A DNA stretch of 64,000 bases from positions 57,040,001 to 57,104,000 of the forward strand of contig OX597827.1 in the NCBI GenBank assembly GCA_951406725.2, written 5' to 3'. Within the stretch, counting starts at the first letter, position 1. Each line of letters starts with the position of its first letter. This document shows, piece after piece, positions 13,396 through 26,944 of this stretch. Made by a program: the position numbers and the translations under genes. Source of the stretch: Octopus vulgaris (lineage: Eukaryota). Under the pieces are notes generated by a model, which was not told where the DNA came from, searched no databases, and saw only the letters and a list, made by a program, of their open reading frames with translations.

Positions 13396-13675
13396 TATTT
13401 AAAAATGGAACTAATATTGATGTCAAATTTTGCGGGTTGGAGTAAGTTGATTACATCAGCTCTTTTACCCAACTGACCTCAAAAAAATGAAAGGCAAAGT
13501 CAACCTCAGCAGAATTTGAACTCAAAATGTAAAGATGAATGAAATGGCACTAAGCATTTTGTCAGGCTTTTGCTGGCTCACTACCTTAAAAATGGGACTA
13601 ATATTATGAAGGGTATTATTTTGCAAGACTCTGAACAGGCAACTCAAAAGCAAATAGACACTCCCTCATTCAGTA

Positions 13676-13970
13676 TACATGGTCTGATCAATAAGTAACT
13701 GGACTGTTGCCATAGTAACGAAGCTAAAGCATGCACAGTGAAGTGGCTTGGCACACAGATTGACCTTGAACTCTGCCGTGCATGCACACTAAGTTTTAAC
13801 ATTCTAGATCACTTTCGCTGTTCACAGCGGTGCTTGGAAGAAAAGTGTGTAGCATGTGATCATTGCATTGACTATGACAGAGAAAGCTGAGCAGAGAATA
13901 TGCATCAAATTTTGCCAAAAGTTTGGCGATACCACTGCAGAGGCCTATGCAAAGTTTTCAAAATGTTTTC
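13676..13970 (+). mobile_element. Mariner 5' fragment
   Basis: TA|CATGGTCTGATCAATAAGT terminus; MTEKAEQRICIKFCQKFGDTTAEAY N-terminal HTH start. Confidence 0.75.
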
Positions 13971-15839
13971 ATCATTCTGTACACGACCAAAGAAATCTTG
14001 TGGAACTGAAACCCAAGGGCAGGATGGAAATATTGGTCAAAAGAGAGGAAGGAGTCTAGTTGTTCAGGTGTGTGTGTGTGTATATATATATATATGAATG
14101 ATGGGCTTCATTTAGTTTCCACCTACCAAATTCACTCACAAGGCTTGAGACTATACCAAAAGACATTTTGCCCAAGGTGCCACACAGTGGGACTGAACCC
14201 TGAAACATGCGATTGGGAAGCACTCTTCTTACTATTTAGCCATGCCTGTGCCTGACTATTGATTGAGCAGAGTCATTTCATTTTTAGTGCAAAGATACCC
14301 TTAATTGTTATCCAATGCAAAATAGGCCAGTATGCTGACAGGACTTTCAAGTTGGTTCTGCCTTTATTTCCTCAACAGTACATTACCATTTATAATGTTG
14401 TTGATGGCATTGTGAATGATAATTATCAGTACTTTCATAGCCAGAAGAACTGAAGAGAGTAACAATGAGCTTTTATGCCAAGCTGTAATCCTTAGAGGCA
14501 ACCTCATCTCGACTATAGCAGATCTGAATGAGCTGCCAGAAATGCTTTGAGAGCAGTTTTGCCAAATTCAACCAAAAAGAAAAAAAAATAAAGAAAAAAG
14601 AAGTTATTTTTGCCATTTTTTCCTCATCTTGAACCATACAAAGAAATGGTTTACAACAATTATATGAAATGATGCAAAATTTGCTATGAAGATGTACATA
14701 ATTGCCCTTATTGCATTTGAATCTGTCTTAAAATATAGTTCTTTCTGAAGAAGCCTGGCCAGTCTTATATATATTATGTAAAAGATATGTAGATTAGATG
14801 TGTGGCTTGTTACTTTGTGTATCAATTTCCTCATTTTTATCTTACAGTTTGGAATTTTCGTTTTCTTACTGCAGCCCAGGGAGATGCTTCTGAGAACAGT
14901 GTAATTTTTTTATGAAAGTTTACATCAATCTTACAGTAGACTGGTTGAGGCATTTCATCTTATAAACAGAAAATTTTCAGAAATCTTGAAGAAGAACAAT
15001 CAATAACCAGACAATATATCTCTAGTGCGAAACCTCCTCATTACACACATGTGCTCGCATGCACACACACACACACACACACACACATTAAAGTGGCCAT
15101 AATGCTTTATATAGGTACAAAGCTAGTGTAGCAAGAATTCAATGCGTCATCAATGAATATCAAATCTTAGAATTACTGAGGCATTGACCATAATTAGTGT
15201 CTTTAGAATGATTCTTGCTTTTTCCAATTTAAGACTATTTTTCTCTTTATATTTTTATTTTGTTATTCTGTCTTTCAAAGCAACTGATTTTTTTTTCTCT
15301 TCATGTATATTTTGATGAAATTTGATATTGATAATTCATTGCTCTTTGAATTTTCTTTTCATTGTTAATGAAATGTGGCATTTATTCTGTGAACACAAAC
15401 TTTAAATAATATTTAACAATGTATTTACTCTGTGGATAAAAAGTACGACAATTAATTAAGTAATGTATCTATTATGACGATGAATTTAGCAACACAATAT
15501 TGGCTTGTGAAGTAATTACCTTGTGATGAAATCCTCAAACAATGATGCATTTACCATGATGTAATTACTGATGAGGAATTTACAGAAATAAATTTCATAC
15601 ACCCCATGTTTGATGATTAATAAAAGACAATCAATATCTTATTATATTCTAAATATTAGCAAGTTCACTTGCTATGCTGCACTGGGGACACATTTATAGA
15701 ATTGATTTGCTTCTTGTAAGAAGTTGCATGAACACTTACTTCTAATGATAACTAATTAACAAACTTTATTAATCGTCTGAAAATATATAATATGAAACTT
15801 TGTTTAACTTCAATCCTTAGTTATTTTGAAAACAAGCAA

Positions 15840-16080
15840 ACTTAAATCTGTGTTGGTATGGTCATAGGACACATATGGATGAGGACAGCTTCTTAAAGAA
15901 GTGCTGATCTCTAATTGGGAAAATTAACCTGTGGAAGGGGCACACCAAGGAAGACATGGAACTAAGTGGTGAGAAAGGATCTTCAGATGGTGAGCCTCCC
16001 TGAGGAGATGATAAGGGACCAGGGCTTGTGGCAATTTGTTGTACTTGAGAAGACGTGTGAAGTTGAGTAAAATTGTAGCC
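15840..16080 (+). mobile_element. RTE LINE ORF 3' remnant
   Basis: WYGH..MDEDS..KKC..CGRGTPRKTW..VVRKDL with stops and frameshifts. Confidence 0.7.
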
Positions 16081-16496
16081 ATCCATACATACAGGCGTGT
16101 CCTTTATAGCAATTCCTCTCCCAGCCAAGGGGAAATGAACACCATTCCTCCATGTGATTGGCTTGAAAAATTGTAAAGATATGAAGATATTTTTCTTTAC
16201 ATGAAACCAAAGGTAGCCTTAATACACAAATAAAGAAAGTTTATCCACCATTCTCATTGTTCAACATTTACGAATATATGGGTCTCTCTCTCTCTCTCTC
16301 TTTCTATATATATATATATATATATATATTTGAATATTTATTCATTCATGGGAAATTATACACTGATATAATTTTGAATTTGGCACAAGCCTGTTCAGCA
16401 TTTAACGCACACAATGAGGTGAGTAAGGTTTTTAACCCTAGGTATGTAGTGAAACCTGCTGATGAGAATTAAGAAATATCAAAATTCAAAATCATA

Positions 16497-16893
16497 TCTT
16501 TATATATAAAAGAGAGGTTGTGTGTCTGTCTCCTACGATTTAGATTCCTAACTACTCCCACATTTTGCGGTGCAGTTTAACCAAAACCGGGTATCTTATA
16601 GTCGTGATTCATATCGAGCCCTTCTGGGTATTAGCGCGCGTCTACGATGAGTCTACGATTTAAAAAAAAATTTACCATAATTTTTTTCCATTTTAATGCA
16701 TTTTTTTCGCTATTATATAAGGGAAGTAACTCTCTAAAAATGGCTACGATGAGTCAATGATTTAAAAAAAATGTACCATCATTTTTTTTCCATTTTTAAT
16801 GCATTTTTTTGCTATTTTTTGGCTATAACTCTCTAAGAATGCTTTATAGTTATTTCCCTTACAAACCCGAGCAACGCCGGGCGATACTGCTAG
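16497..16893 (+). mobile_element. Non-autonomous Helitron
   Basis: A|TC start, 3' hairpin CCCGAGCAACGCCGGG, CTAG|T end; same family at 45987-46499. Confidence 0.85.
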
Positions 16894-17178
16894 TGATATA
16901 TAAACAGGTAGATCTATTGCCTTAGTCTGTGGCTATCAGCTGAGATAAGTTCATTTCTTTGCTTGTTGCTTTTTTCTTACAGTCTGTTATGGTTTCAGTG
17001 AAATGGTGGCTCATTAGAGGATTTTTTACTCTTAATTTTAGCAAACTGGTACTTAGTGTACCCTCAATTATAATTATAGATTAATTATAAAATTTATGGA
17101 TTTGACCTTTATCAGTATAATTGCTTGCTGGCCACTAATATTTATTATTATTATTGTTGTTATTATTATTATTATTAA

Positions 17179-17209
<31 letters not shown>

Positions 17210-17392
17210 TATTTGACTACTTTAATAATAGTAATAATATCTATATAAATATTTACTTGAATATTTATTCACACACACACATACACATACACACACACAT
17301 ATATATATTTGTATATTAAAAACTTTGATTTTATAGAAAATGTATCTTATCATAGATTATTGAATCACAAGTAAGATTTTTATATTTTTCTA

Positions 17393-17420
17393 TCTCTATA
17401 TATATAAAACTGAGAATGTG

Positions 17421-17455
<35 letters not shown>

Positions 17456-17818
17456 GTGTTTCCCTAAAACCTGAGAACTACACAACCAATTTCATTCAAA
17501 TTTTTCACATGCCTTACTTAAGGTCCGGAGAGTGTCATCGGCAAAAAAAGACTTAACTTTTTCCATAGGGCAACCCCACAGCAATATCATATCTTCTCCA
17601 CTATTTCAGTATTACGTGTTAAAAGTGAAAAAAAAAAACCATCTCTCTTTTGTAATGCAGACACTTTCGCTATTAAAATGAAAGTATTATATAACAGAGA
17701 TGAACCATTAACAATGGTCATCCATTTTGCTAGAAGAAGATCTGCTATGGTCTTATATGCTACACCACTGGTTTTCAATTCATATAAATCAAATTAATAT
17801 TCAATTTTTCACCCTTAT

Positions 17819-17858
<40 letters not shown>

Positions 17859-19347
17859 TATTTCACATAAATGGGGATAAATTAAAAAGGTTTGTTGTTA
17901 TTATTATTACTGTTTGACTATTGTAATCACGTTTGTTGGTTCCTCGTTAGGGAAACGTTGTTGTGTTGCATTTGTTAAATAATTGTAAACCGTAACCCTC
18001 TCCCTTTCGGAGAAGGGGCTTTGGTTATTGTTTAAAAATTGAATTGTGTCCCTGTTTGGGGAAATTGACAATATTTTCACCGTCTTTACGGAAGCATTTT
18101 TGTTAAAATGCCTTCGATAGAAGAAAGTCCAAAAATGAATTTCGCTGCAGCCATACACTTCTATACAAGAGGGAGGACAAGATCCAATTGATCGAAATTG
18201 CAAGAGACGGGCCTACAATTCCAGTCTGTTATATATTTTGAGTATTGTTATCACTAGCGATATCAAGATATAAGTTTGTATTTTGTATTTTATGTGTAGA
18301 TGTATATATATATAGATGTACATGTAATATGTACACATATATATACACATATATACATGCATAATATATCTACCCATACACACATACATAGGGGCAGGTG
18401 TGGCTGTGTGGTAACAAACTATGTTCCAAACACATGGTCCTGGGTTCAGTCCCACTGTGTGGTGACTTGGCATGTGTCTTCTGATGTAGCCTCAGACCAA
18501 CAAAAGCCTTCTCGGTGGAATTTGTACATATATACAGGCATACATACACATATATACATGCATACGTACATATTCGGCATAAACACTCTACCACTACAAC
18601 TAATAACTGTTGGGAACACTTTCAAACCTGCCTTACATTCGAACCGGAATCTCAACACCCGAGTTTTCCATCTGAAGTTAATCTCTCTCATGGAGCTCAT
18701 ACAATCGAGTGGCAAAAAGGGGCCTTCCACATGCTCATATCCTGCTTTGGCTCTCAGCGAAGATCAATTCCAATGACATCGACAACATAATCTCTGCAGA
18801 GCTTCCTGATCCAGCTTTAGACAAAGAACTATACGAAATAGTTAAAGCAAACATGGTACATGGTCCATGTGGGCATGGATTCAACACACCATGCTTGAAG
18901 GACAGCATATGTTCAAAAAGATTTCCAAGGAGGTTCCTACAAGAAACTCAGACAGGTGCTGATGGGTATCCATCATACAGACGCAGAAAACCAGAAGACC
19001 GAGGTTTCACAGCAACTATCGGACAGCACGATATTGATAATAGATGGATTGTTCCATACTGCCCACTCCTGTCAAAGACTTTCAGTGCCCACATCAACGT
19101 TGAGTTTTGCAACTCCATTAAATCCATCAAGTACATTTGAAAATATGTAAACAACAAGGTGTTATAACCTCAACAGCCAGGAGGTATATACATGACCCCC
19201 CTTTTTTTAACAAACTTCATGTACTGTCATGTATTTATATTAATATACATATATATATGTGTGTGTGTGTGTATCCATATATATATATAACAGAAAAGTC
19301 TAATTCTTCAATTGAATGTAACCGGGCAACGCCGGGTATCTCTGCTA

Positions 19348-19348
<1 letters not shown>
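17393..19348 (+). mobile_element. Internally deleted Helitron with Rep fragment
   Basis: A|TC start; CCGGGCAACGCCGG hairpin plus CTAG|T end; Rep coding remnant inside. Confidence 0.85.
18660..19155 (+). pseudogene. Helitron RepHel Rep (HUH endonuclease) fragment
   Basis: IEWQK/RGLPHAHILLWL (motif 2, frameshifted), MVHGPCG, GYPSYRRR, DNRWIVPY, HINVEFC, IKYI*KYVN (motif 3). Confidence 0.9.
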
Positions 19349-19403
<55 letters not shown>

Positions 19404-20481
19404 GGAAAAATGCAAGCATGAAAAGTAATATTCTTAAGATTATAAACCTGGAAAAGTACGGAACAAGTTATTACACCTGTAAACATATAGGACAAACTAC
19501 TACTTCAAGTAAAATAAAGAATAAGAAACTTTTTACTTAAAATATTGCACCAATTTATCACTCTTTGGAGTTCTCATCTTTTATTGCGCAAAACTATTCA
19601 GCTAATTTGCAAGTTTTTCTAATTAGTCACTATTTTCTGTATTTAAAGTAGTAAAGTAGCCAAATTGTACTGAAATATGTATAGTGTTATTTGAAAACTA
19701 TAATAAAATAATTTGAAAATTTTCACCCAAAATTTTTCAAAAATTTAAAGCCCAGTTTCTACGTTTCTGTGGCATATGTGTTCTTCCCAGCTGGATGGGA
19801 CGCCAGTTCATTGCAGCGTTACTCAAGAAACAGGAAGAAAGAGTGAGAGAACGTTGTGGCGAAAGAGTACAACAGGGGTCACCACCAATCCCTGTCGGAG
19901 CTTCATGGAGCTTTTAGGTGTTTTTGCTCAATAAACACACACAACACCCAGTTTGGGAATCGAAACTGCAATTCTCTGATCATGAGTCTGCTGCCTTAAC
20001 CACTGGGGCATTGCACCTCTGATCTACTAATAAAATTTATTTAGGAAATAAAATAATAAAATATGAGTTATTTTTAAATATGTTCATATTTATATATTTG
20101 TTTCTTGTCTTTTATTTGTTTCATGTCTTGTATTTGTTTCAGTCATTAGATAGCAGCCATGCTGGATCAACACATCGAAGAATTTCTAGTCAAATAAATT
20201 GACCTTAGTAGTTATTTTTGTGTAAGCCTGGTACTTATATCATCAGTCTCTTTTGCCAAACTGCTAATTTATGGGGTTGTAAACACACGAACACTGGTTG
20301 TCAAGCAGTGACAGAGGACAAACACGCATGCACACACATACACAACATGTTTCTTTCATTCCTACCTCTAGCTATTTTACTTCAGATTTACATGTTAATG
20401 CACACTGTTATTCTATCATGGCTATAGATTTGAGGTGTGTCAATGTAAGAAAATGTTTTTTCCATTCAGGAGTGGTGCAGG

Positions 20482-20870
20482 AGTGGCTGTGTGGTAAGTA
20501 GCTTGCTTACCAGCCCCATGGTTCCAGGTTCAGTCCCACTGCATGGCACCTTGGACAAGTGTCTTCTACTATAGCCTCAGGCCGACCAAAGCCTTGTGAG
20601 TGGATTTGGTAGACAGAAACTGAAGGAATCCCGTCGTATATATATATATATATATATATGTATATGTTTGTCTGTGTTTGTCCACCCAACATCGGTTGAC
20701 AACTGATGCTGGTGTGTTTACGTCCCTGTAACTTAGCAGTTCGCCAAAAGTGACCGATAGAATAAGTACTAGGCTTACAAAGAATAAGCCCTGGGGTCGA
20801 TTTGCTTGACTAAAGGTGGTGCTCCAGCATGGCCACAATCAAATGACTGAAACAAATTAAAGAATAAGTG
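20482..20870 (+). mobile_element. SINE family A
   Basis: Full-length consensus match. Confidence 0.85.
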
Positions 20871-22089
20871 AAAAAGAAAAAGAATTCAAAACCATACAAA
20901 ATCTGTTTACTTCACTTAGACATTTATATGTTGTCAAAATTTTCAAAGTGTTTCACTGATCCCAGCAGTCCTTGTGTGTTTTGAATGTACCTTCCACACT
21001 ATGCTGTAATTATATATTAGTGACAGAGGCAGTATTAATATCAAAAGGTCATATTTATCCCACTTAAACATGAATGTTCTGATAGAACAAGCTATACTGT
21101 GGTGGATATCGTGAGAGAAACTCTCATATTGCATTTTGGTTCAAAATGCATGGTCAAGAGTTCAGCATTGATAAGACCAAGGAAGGTCGAAATCATGTAA
21201 TTGGGTTGCCTCAGTGCTGGAGATGGCAGAGACTTTTATCCCCGCTAGCAATATATATATAAGAGAGCCTCTAGTACCAAAAGCCAATATGAAAGTTTGT
21301 TTCAGGGTTTCCACCACAGTATAGTTTGTTCTAAAAGAACATCCATGTTTAAGTGGAGATAAATATTACCTCTATACTGAAATTGTTTTAGTTTCAACAC
21401 ATGATCTCAGATCAAATCCCTTTCCAGACAAGTGCATATCCAAAATGTTTTTTGATTCTTCTCATTCATTAGATATTGACATGTGAAATGGTCCTAATGT
21501 GCCACTGTAAAAGTATCATGCTGCTCTTATGATTACCATAATCCATTCTTTATCGAATCTAATCATCAATTTTTTTTTTTTACCTTTTCTCACAAAAATG
21601 TCATCTTTGTTAGATAAGAACTTGCTTATGGAAAAGTTTTGCTTATGGATTGATATCTATTCCATTTATACTCATTAAATGAAAAGGCAGCTGAGAAATG
21701 ATTCTTATCTCTGTTTTCATTCTTTTTATCTATCATGATTTAGTCTAGAGTTGAGACTTCAAAGTATCTTTGAGCTGATGCAAAATAATCCAAGATTCCA
21801 CTTCAAAGTGTTATTAATATCCAAAATAAATAGATGAACTTCTGCGTTCTTTGATGTTTTAAACTAATCTCACAATGAATTTGTTAATTGGGTCTTTCAA
21901 TTTCATTTGAGTTCCACTTGAAACATTGATACTTTGTGTTCTAAAGATATAAGTGTGGGTTGAAAACTTATATGGTGGAGCCAGTTTAATCTATGGTGAA
22001 ATGTGATGAATAACAGGATTTAATATTACATAAAAAAACAAATTGTAGTTTGGACACATCAGACGTGTACTCATATAATATATATTCAT

Positions 22090-22380
22090 ATAACATACAC
22101 TCATAATATTTCGTTCTTGGATTTGGTTTGCAAGATTCATTATGTGAGTTTGTGTGTTGAAGCATATTCTGTTATGTCTGGGGAGATTAATTTTCTTTTT
22201 GTGCCATATAATGTAACAGACTCACTGGTAAAATTTCAAGACTATTGAAAAGGTTGCAAGATGCAACGAAAATTTTAGGAAAATAAAAATAAGAATTAAG
22301 TGCAAATTTTACCGGTGAGTGTATTACATTATAAGGCACAAAAAGAAAATGACCCTCCCCAGAAACAACAGCATACGCTC
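22090..22380. mobile_element. PLE terminal-repeat fold-back relic
   Basis: ~75-bp inverted arms (22165-22237 / 22303-22378); left extension resembles the 3' tail at 56500-56562. Confidence 0.6.
22241..22279 (+). ncRNA. Minimal hammerhead-like ribozyme, U3-A8 variant
   Basis: CTA-TTGAAAA-G-GTTGC(aagat)GCAAC-GAA[AATT]T-TAG. Confidence 0.45.
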
Positions 22381-22660
22381 ATAAAATATTTTGATATTTC
22401 ACTTAGGCACTGCAAAACTAATAATTTGGTGTTAGAACTCAATATACATATACTTCCTAGATATGCATATTCATTTTTATTGGTAATGCTTTTCTGTATA
22501 TATATATATATATATTTTTTTTAATATACTGCCCACGCTTCCTGATGGATTCCTTTTCTGTAGAGAAAGGGACTTCATCCTATATTGTTAGTATATATAT
22601 ATATATATATATATATAAAAGTGTAAATGTTTTCCCAAATATAATTGCAATTCATGTTTG

Positions 22661-22743
22661 AAGCTCTGATGAAGTTATAAGGTGATATGCATGCACTCAT
22701 CTTTGTGAGCATTGCATCTTATAGCTGAAACAGCTGTAAGGTA
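22661..22743 (+). ncRNA. Type I hammerhead ribozyme (stem I decayed)
   Basis: CTGATGA-AGTTATAAG...CTTATAGCT-GAAAC-AGCT-GTA. Confidence 0.6.
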
Positions 22744-23244
22744 ACAAAGTTCATAACATAATTGTTTATTCATTTGTCATATTCGTTTGTCATCCCAATT
22801 TCTTACTCATAAAATATATAGTCATTTAATATATACTCATATGATAGCTGCATTAATTTCAGACGGTCATTGATGATTAATGGGGTTTTGTTCTTTTTTC
22901 ACATGATTTTAGCCTTTACTCCCGTGAGAATGACCAGCTTGTGTAGGGGTGCAGGAATTGGGAAAAGGTGAAAGTTATAGAATATTAGGAGAGTTTAGAG
23001 ACCATCATCATTATCATAATCATCATTGCAACCACGACCACGATCACGACCACAACCACGACGATGACGATGACGACGACGACGACGACGACGACCACCA
23101 CCACCACCACCACCACCACCAAAAATGTGACGCGTCGCTCAGTCCAAGAATCGAAACCACAATCTTACGACCATGAGTCCAACTACCTAACCACTAAGCT
23201 ACGCGCCTCCACAGAAGAACTGGGAGCCAATGCATGGTTGAGAG

Positions 23245-23570
23245 GTAAGGCGGCAGCTAGGAGAATCGTTAAAACGCTGAGCAAAATGTTTAGCGGCATC
23301 ACGTTTGTCATTACGTTCTGAGTTCGAATTTCGCTGAGATCGACTCTACCTTTCGTCCTCTCGGGATCGATAAAATAAGCACCAGTTGAGCACTGGGTTC
23401 GATGTAATTGATTTACACCTTTGTAAATTGCTGGCCTTGTGCCAAAATTTGAAATCAGTATGGCTGAACTAAAATTTGGCACAAGGCCAGCAATTTAGAA
23501 AGGTGTAAATCAATTACATCGAACCCAGTGCTCAACTGGTACTTATTTTATCGATCCCGAGAGGACGAAA
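23245..23570. mobile_element. SINE family C plus inverted copy of its 3' half
   Basis: 23351-23450 is nearly the exact reverse complement of 23471-23570. Confidence 0.8.
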
Positions 23571-24075
23571 TGCAAAGTTCGTCCTAACTAAATGCAAAGT
23601 TCGTCCATGCGAGTATTGTGCTGAGTTAATGACACAAAAACAAAGGACATGAGACTGATCGTAGGGGACAAAAGGCTCGGTTGTTATACATGTGATAGCA
23701 TAAAACAGCTACCAAAATTACGCAATATGTGATTGTATCACAGAAAGAAACCAGTTGTTCAAAATAAAACAATGCTTTGATATGTATCATTGCAAAACCT
23801 TGTCGTTTCTGCACTATATGCTAAACAAATAAAAAATACTACAATGTTCCTTTGTAAAGCAACATCGTTGCATTGTTAAGCATCATGTTTTTGTTATTTT
23901 TTGGTCAGTGTTTGTTGAAGGTTGTTATAAATTATTAAATGATTTGAAAAAAGGAATTTTTAGTTGTGGAATTCCAATGGGGTTTACCATTTCGAGGAAT
24001 TTAAACATTTAATACTTAATTTTATGCGAGATACATAATGCCTTCTTCGTACGCGCACGCACGTGTGCATGCTTG

Positions 24076-24115
<40 letters not shown>

Positions 24116-24133
24116 CGCGTGTATATATATCTA

Positions 24134-24228
<95 letters not shown>

Positions 24229-25263
24229 ATAATTAATATGAACAGCAGTTTACAAATGTCACTAAATGCGACTAGTGTGTTAGAAAACACCTACATTGCT
24301 AGAAATAAGAACTAAACCACTCTAATGTGGTAGTTAACGCACATGAATGAAAACATACACCAACAGGGACCATAATCCGATGCAGGATAGATTGCAGGAC
24401 ACTTATGTGTGAATCGTGTTGTTGCATGTTTATGTTGAAACATAAACACTAAATAGGGAGGATATACGAGTGCTGAAAAAAATGTGGCGATATATAGGAA
24501 CAACGGTGCACAGAGGCACTGAAAAATATATTATGGATTTAAGAGGAATCATATAATGTGCAAGTTAAGAGTCTGCACTAGTACAGAAATGTATGATATA
24601 TAAAGAATGACAGTTGGGGACAGGAGTGTCAAGCGATCCTATTGGAAAGAGCCCGTAGAAGAGGAAGGTCAAGGAAGACATTAACAAGTGATGAAAGCTG
24701 AGGTCAAGGACCCCCACCCCCATAAAGACAACAATAAGCGAGCGCGACAAGTTGCGGGAGCCTATACTGGTGAAAATCCGTCCAACTAATGCAAGCATGA
24801 AAATCACTTCCTCAAATTTACCCAAACTGAACAGAGAGAGAAATAATAAACATAGTTATGGAATTAATAATGTTAATTCTTTCTTTCTACTATCAGTACA
24901 AGGCCTGAAATTTGGAGGAAGAGGGCCAAACTAGTCGATTATATCGATCCCAAAGCTCAACTGGTATATATCTTATTGATCCCGAAAGGAAAAAAAAGCC
25001 AAAGTCGACATCGGTGGAATACTAATGCAGAATGTAAAGACAGACGAAACGCCGCTAAGCATTTTGTCCAACGTGCTAATGATTCTGCCAGCTCGTCACT
25101 GCAACTGTAAGAATTCTGCGACTATCCTCTAAACGCTCACTACCTTGACTTTAACATTGTATATCAGTGTATTGCTAAAACTAGCTCTTGTAACAGATCT
25201 TATATACGCTAGCCGCCAATTTAGTATGTACACTAATTCTGCAACTAATGAGGAAGAAATGCT

Positions 25264-25479
25264 AGTTTCCTTTGACAGCTTTAAGAAAAGTGTGTACAGT
25301 ATAACCTCCAGTGAACGATCACTGTGGTAGCGATACCATATCTGGGCAATGGTAAACCATGTAACTTGTACGACGTTACCCAGTTTCCTTTGACAGCTTT
25401 AAGAAAAGTATGTACAGTATAACCTCCAGTGAACGATCACTGTGGTAGCGATACCATATCTGGGCAATGGTAAACCATC
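25264..25479. repeat. Direct duplication, ~97 bp, period 118 bp
   Basis: AGTTTCCTTTGACAGC...GGTAAACCAT at 25264 and 25382. Confidence 0.85.
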
Positions 25480-26548
25480 TTCTTTAAAACATCCCGTCTC
25501 AACTAAAAATCTGAGAAAGTGGTTGCATGTTGACACGAGATATATAAAACATATTTGAACTACTAGTCTATATCGGACCCTGGTAGATAGATTAGTATCA
25601 ACGGTCAGCAGTTTCCATTAAGGCAGATTTAACTTATTCTGAATCCAAACGTAGAATGATTCCTGCTACTACCATTGGTCATACCAATGAAACTAGTCGG
25701 TTTCTAGCCACCGCTATAATCATACAATGTACTTTTCTGACTCTAATATAGCTACAAACATCTTGACCAACTCTTCCTTCGTAGAATATGACTAACTCCC
25801 TACTAAGTACATTCCTTTGATCTCTTCCAGAAAAACTACATTTGCCAAGATTCTTTTTTAATGACATGCATAAAGTTTTCTCAACTGATTCTTCATCCCT
25901 AAAGGTGAAACTAATTTAAGAACCTAATTACGAACATTCCTCGCTATCTTCTTCTGTTTCATTATAGAATCTTGGATATCTCTTTAAATAGACTTTTCAA
26001 TAAGTGAATTAATTTTCTTTGTACCATTAATACAGTTACTATTTTTACATTAATAGAACAATTGGTAACCCGCTTATCTTATTTTCTGTTATCTATAATA
26101 TCATCCCCAGATATATTATTTTATGTAAGAAGAAAAACAAAAAGAATTAAAAACAATTTTAAATTTAAATTTAAATATGATGGTTCTTCAACTTTGTCTT
26201 ACCGGGAAAGAGATTCTCTTTAATGACAAATCTACCACCAAAGGCAAAACACGTGTTTAAAATTAGTTCCTTCTATATAATATAACTGATAAAGTATATC
26301 TGTAGATATATTTTTATCAGCTATAGTGTCTATTCGTCATCATCATCATCGTCATTAGCAACAGCAGCATTCTTATCGTCTGTATCTTTACAAGATTAAA
26401 TTATTAATGAGTTATTATCAACAGTGGTAATACTCTAAATTTCATTATTATCACTATATTCATCATTACTATTGTATTATCATTAAGATTACACTTATTA
26501 ACAATTGTATTACTGTTTTTATATGCAATATCGTGGTCGTTGTTGTGG

Positions 26549-26720
<172 letters not shown>

Positions 26721-26935
26721 GAAGGCGGCGAGCTTCTAGAACCGTTAACATGCCGAGTGAAATGCTTAGCGGCATCGTCCGTCTTTACATTCTGATTTCA
26801 AATTCCGCCGAAGTCGACTTTGTCTTTCATCCTTTCAGGGTCGATAAAATAAGTATCAGTCGAGCACTGGGGTCAATGTAATCGACAAAGTCCATCGCCC
26901 AAAATTTCGGGCCTTGTGCCTTTAGTAAAAAAGAC
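26721..26935 (+). mobile_element. SINE family C
   Basis: AAGGCGGCGAGC head, GACTTTGTCTTTCATCCTTTC..GGTCGATAAAATAAGTA core. Confidence 0.8.
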
Positions 26936-26944
26936 TATTGTATG

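Larger units (their letters stand above)
12490..15605 (+). mobile_element. Decayed Mutator-like (MULE) transposon with inverted subterminal repeat arrays
   Basis: YADRTFKLVLPLFPQQYITIY (DGTF..P..F.Q..TI motif) at ~14325; AARNALRAVLPN; RT..YESLHQ..LV...H..KF..ILKK at ~14890; GTAATTACATCAT-type repeats at 12500-12620 inverted at 15510-15580. Confidence 0.6.

Noticed and set aside
15566-15600. CTGATGA hammerhead core
   Set aside because: No stem II-GAAA-stem III arrangement; part of the subterminal repeat array
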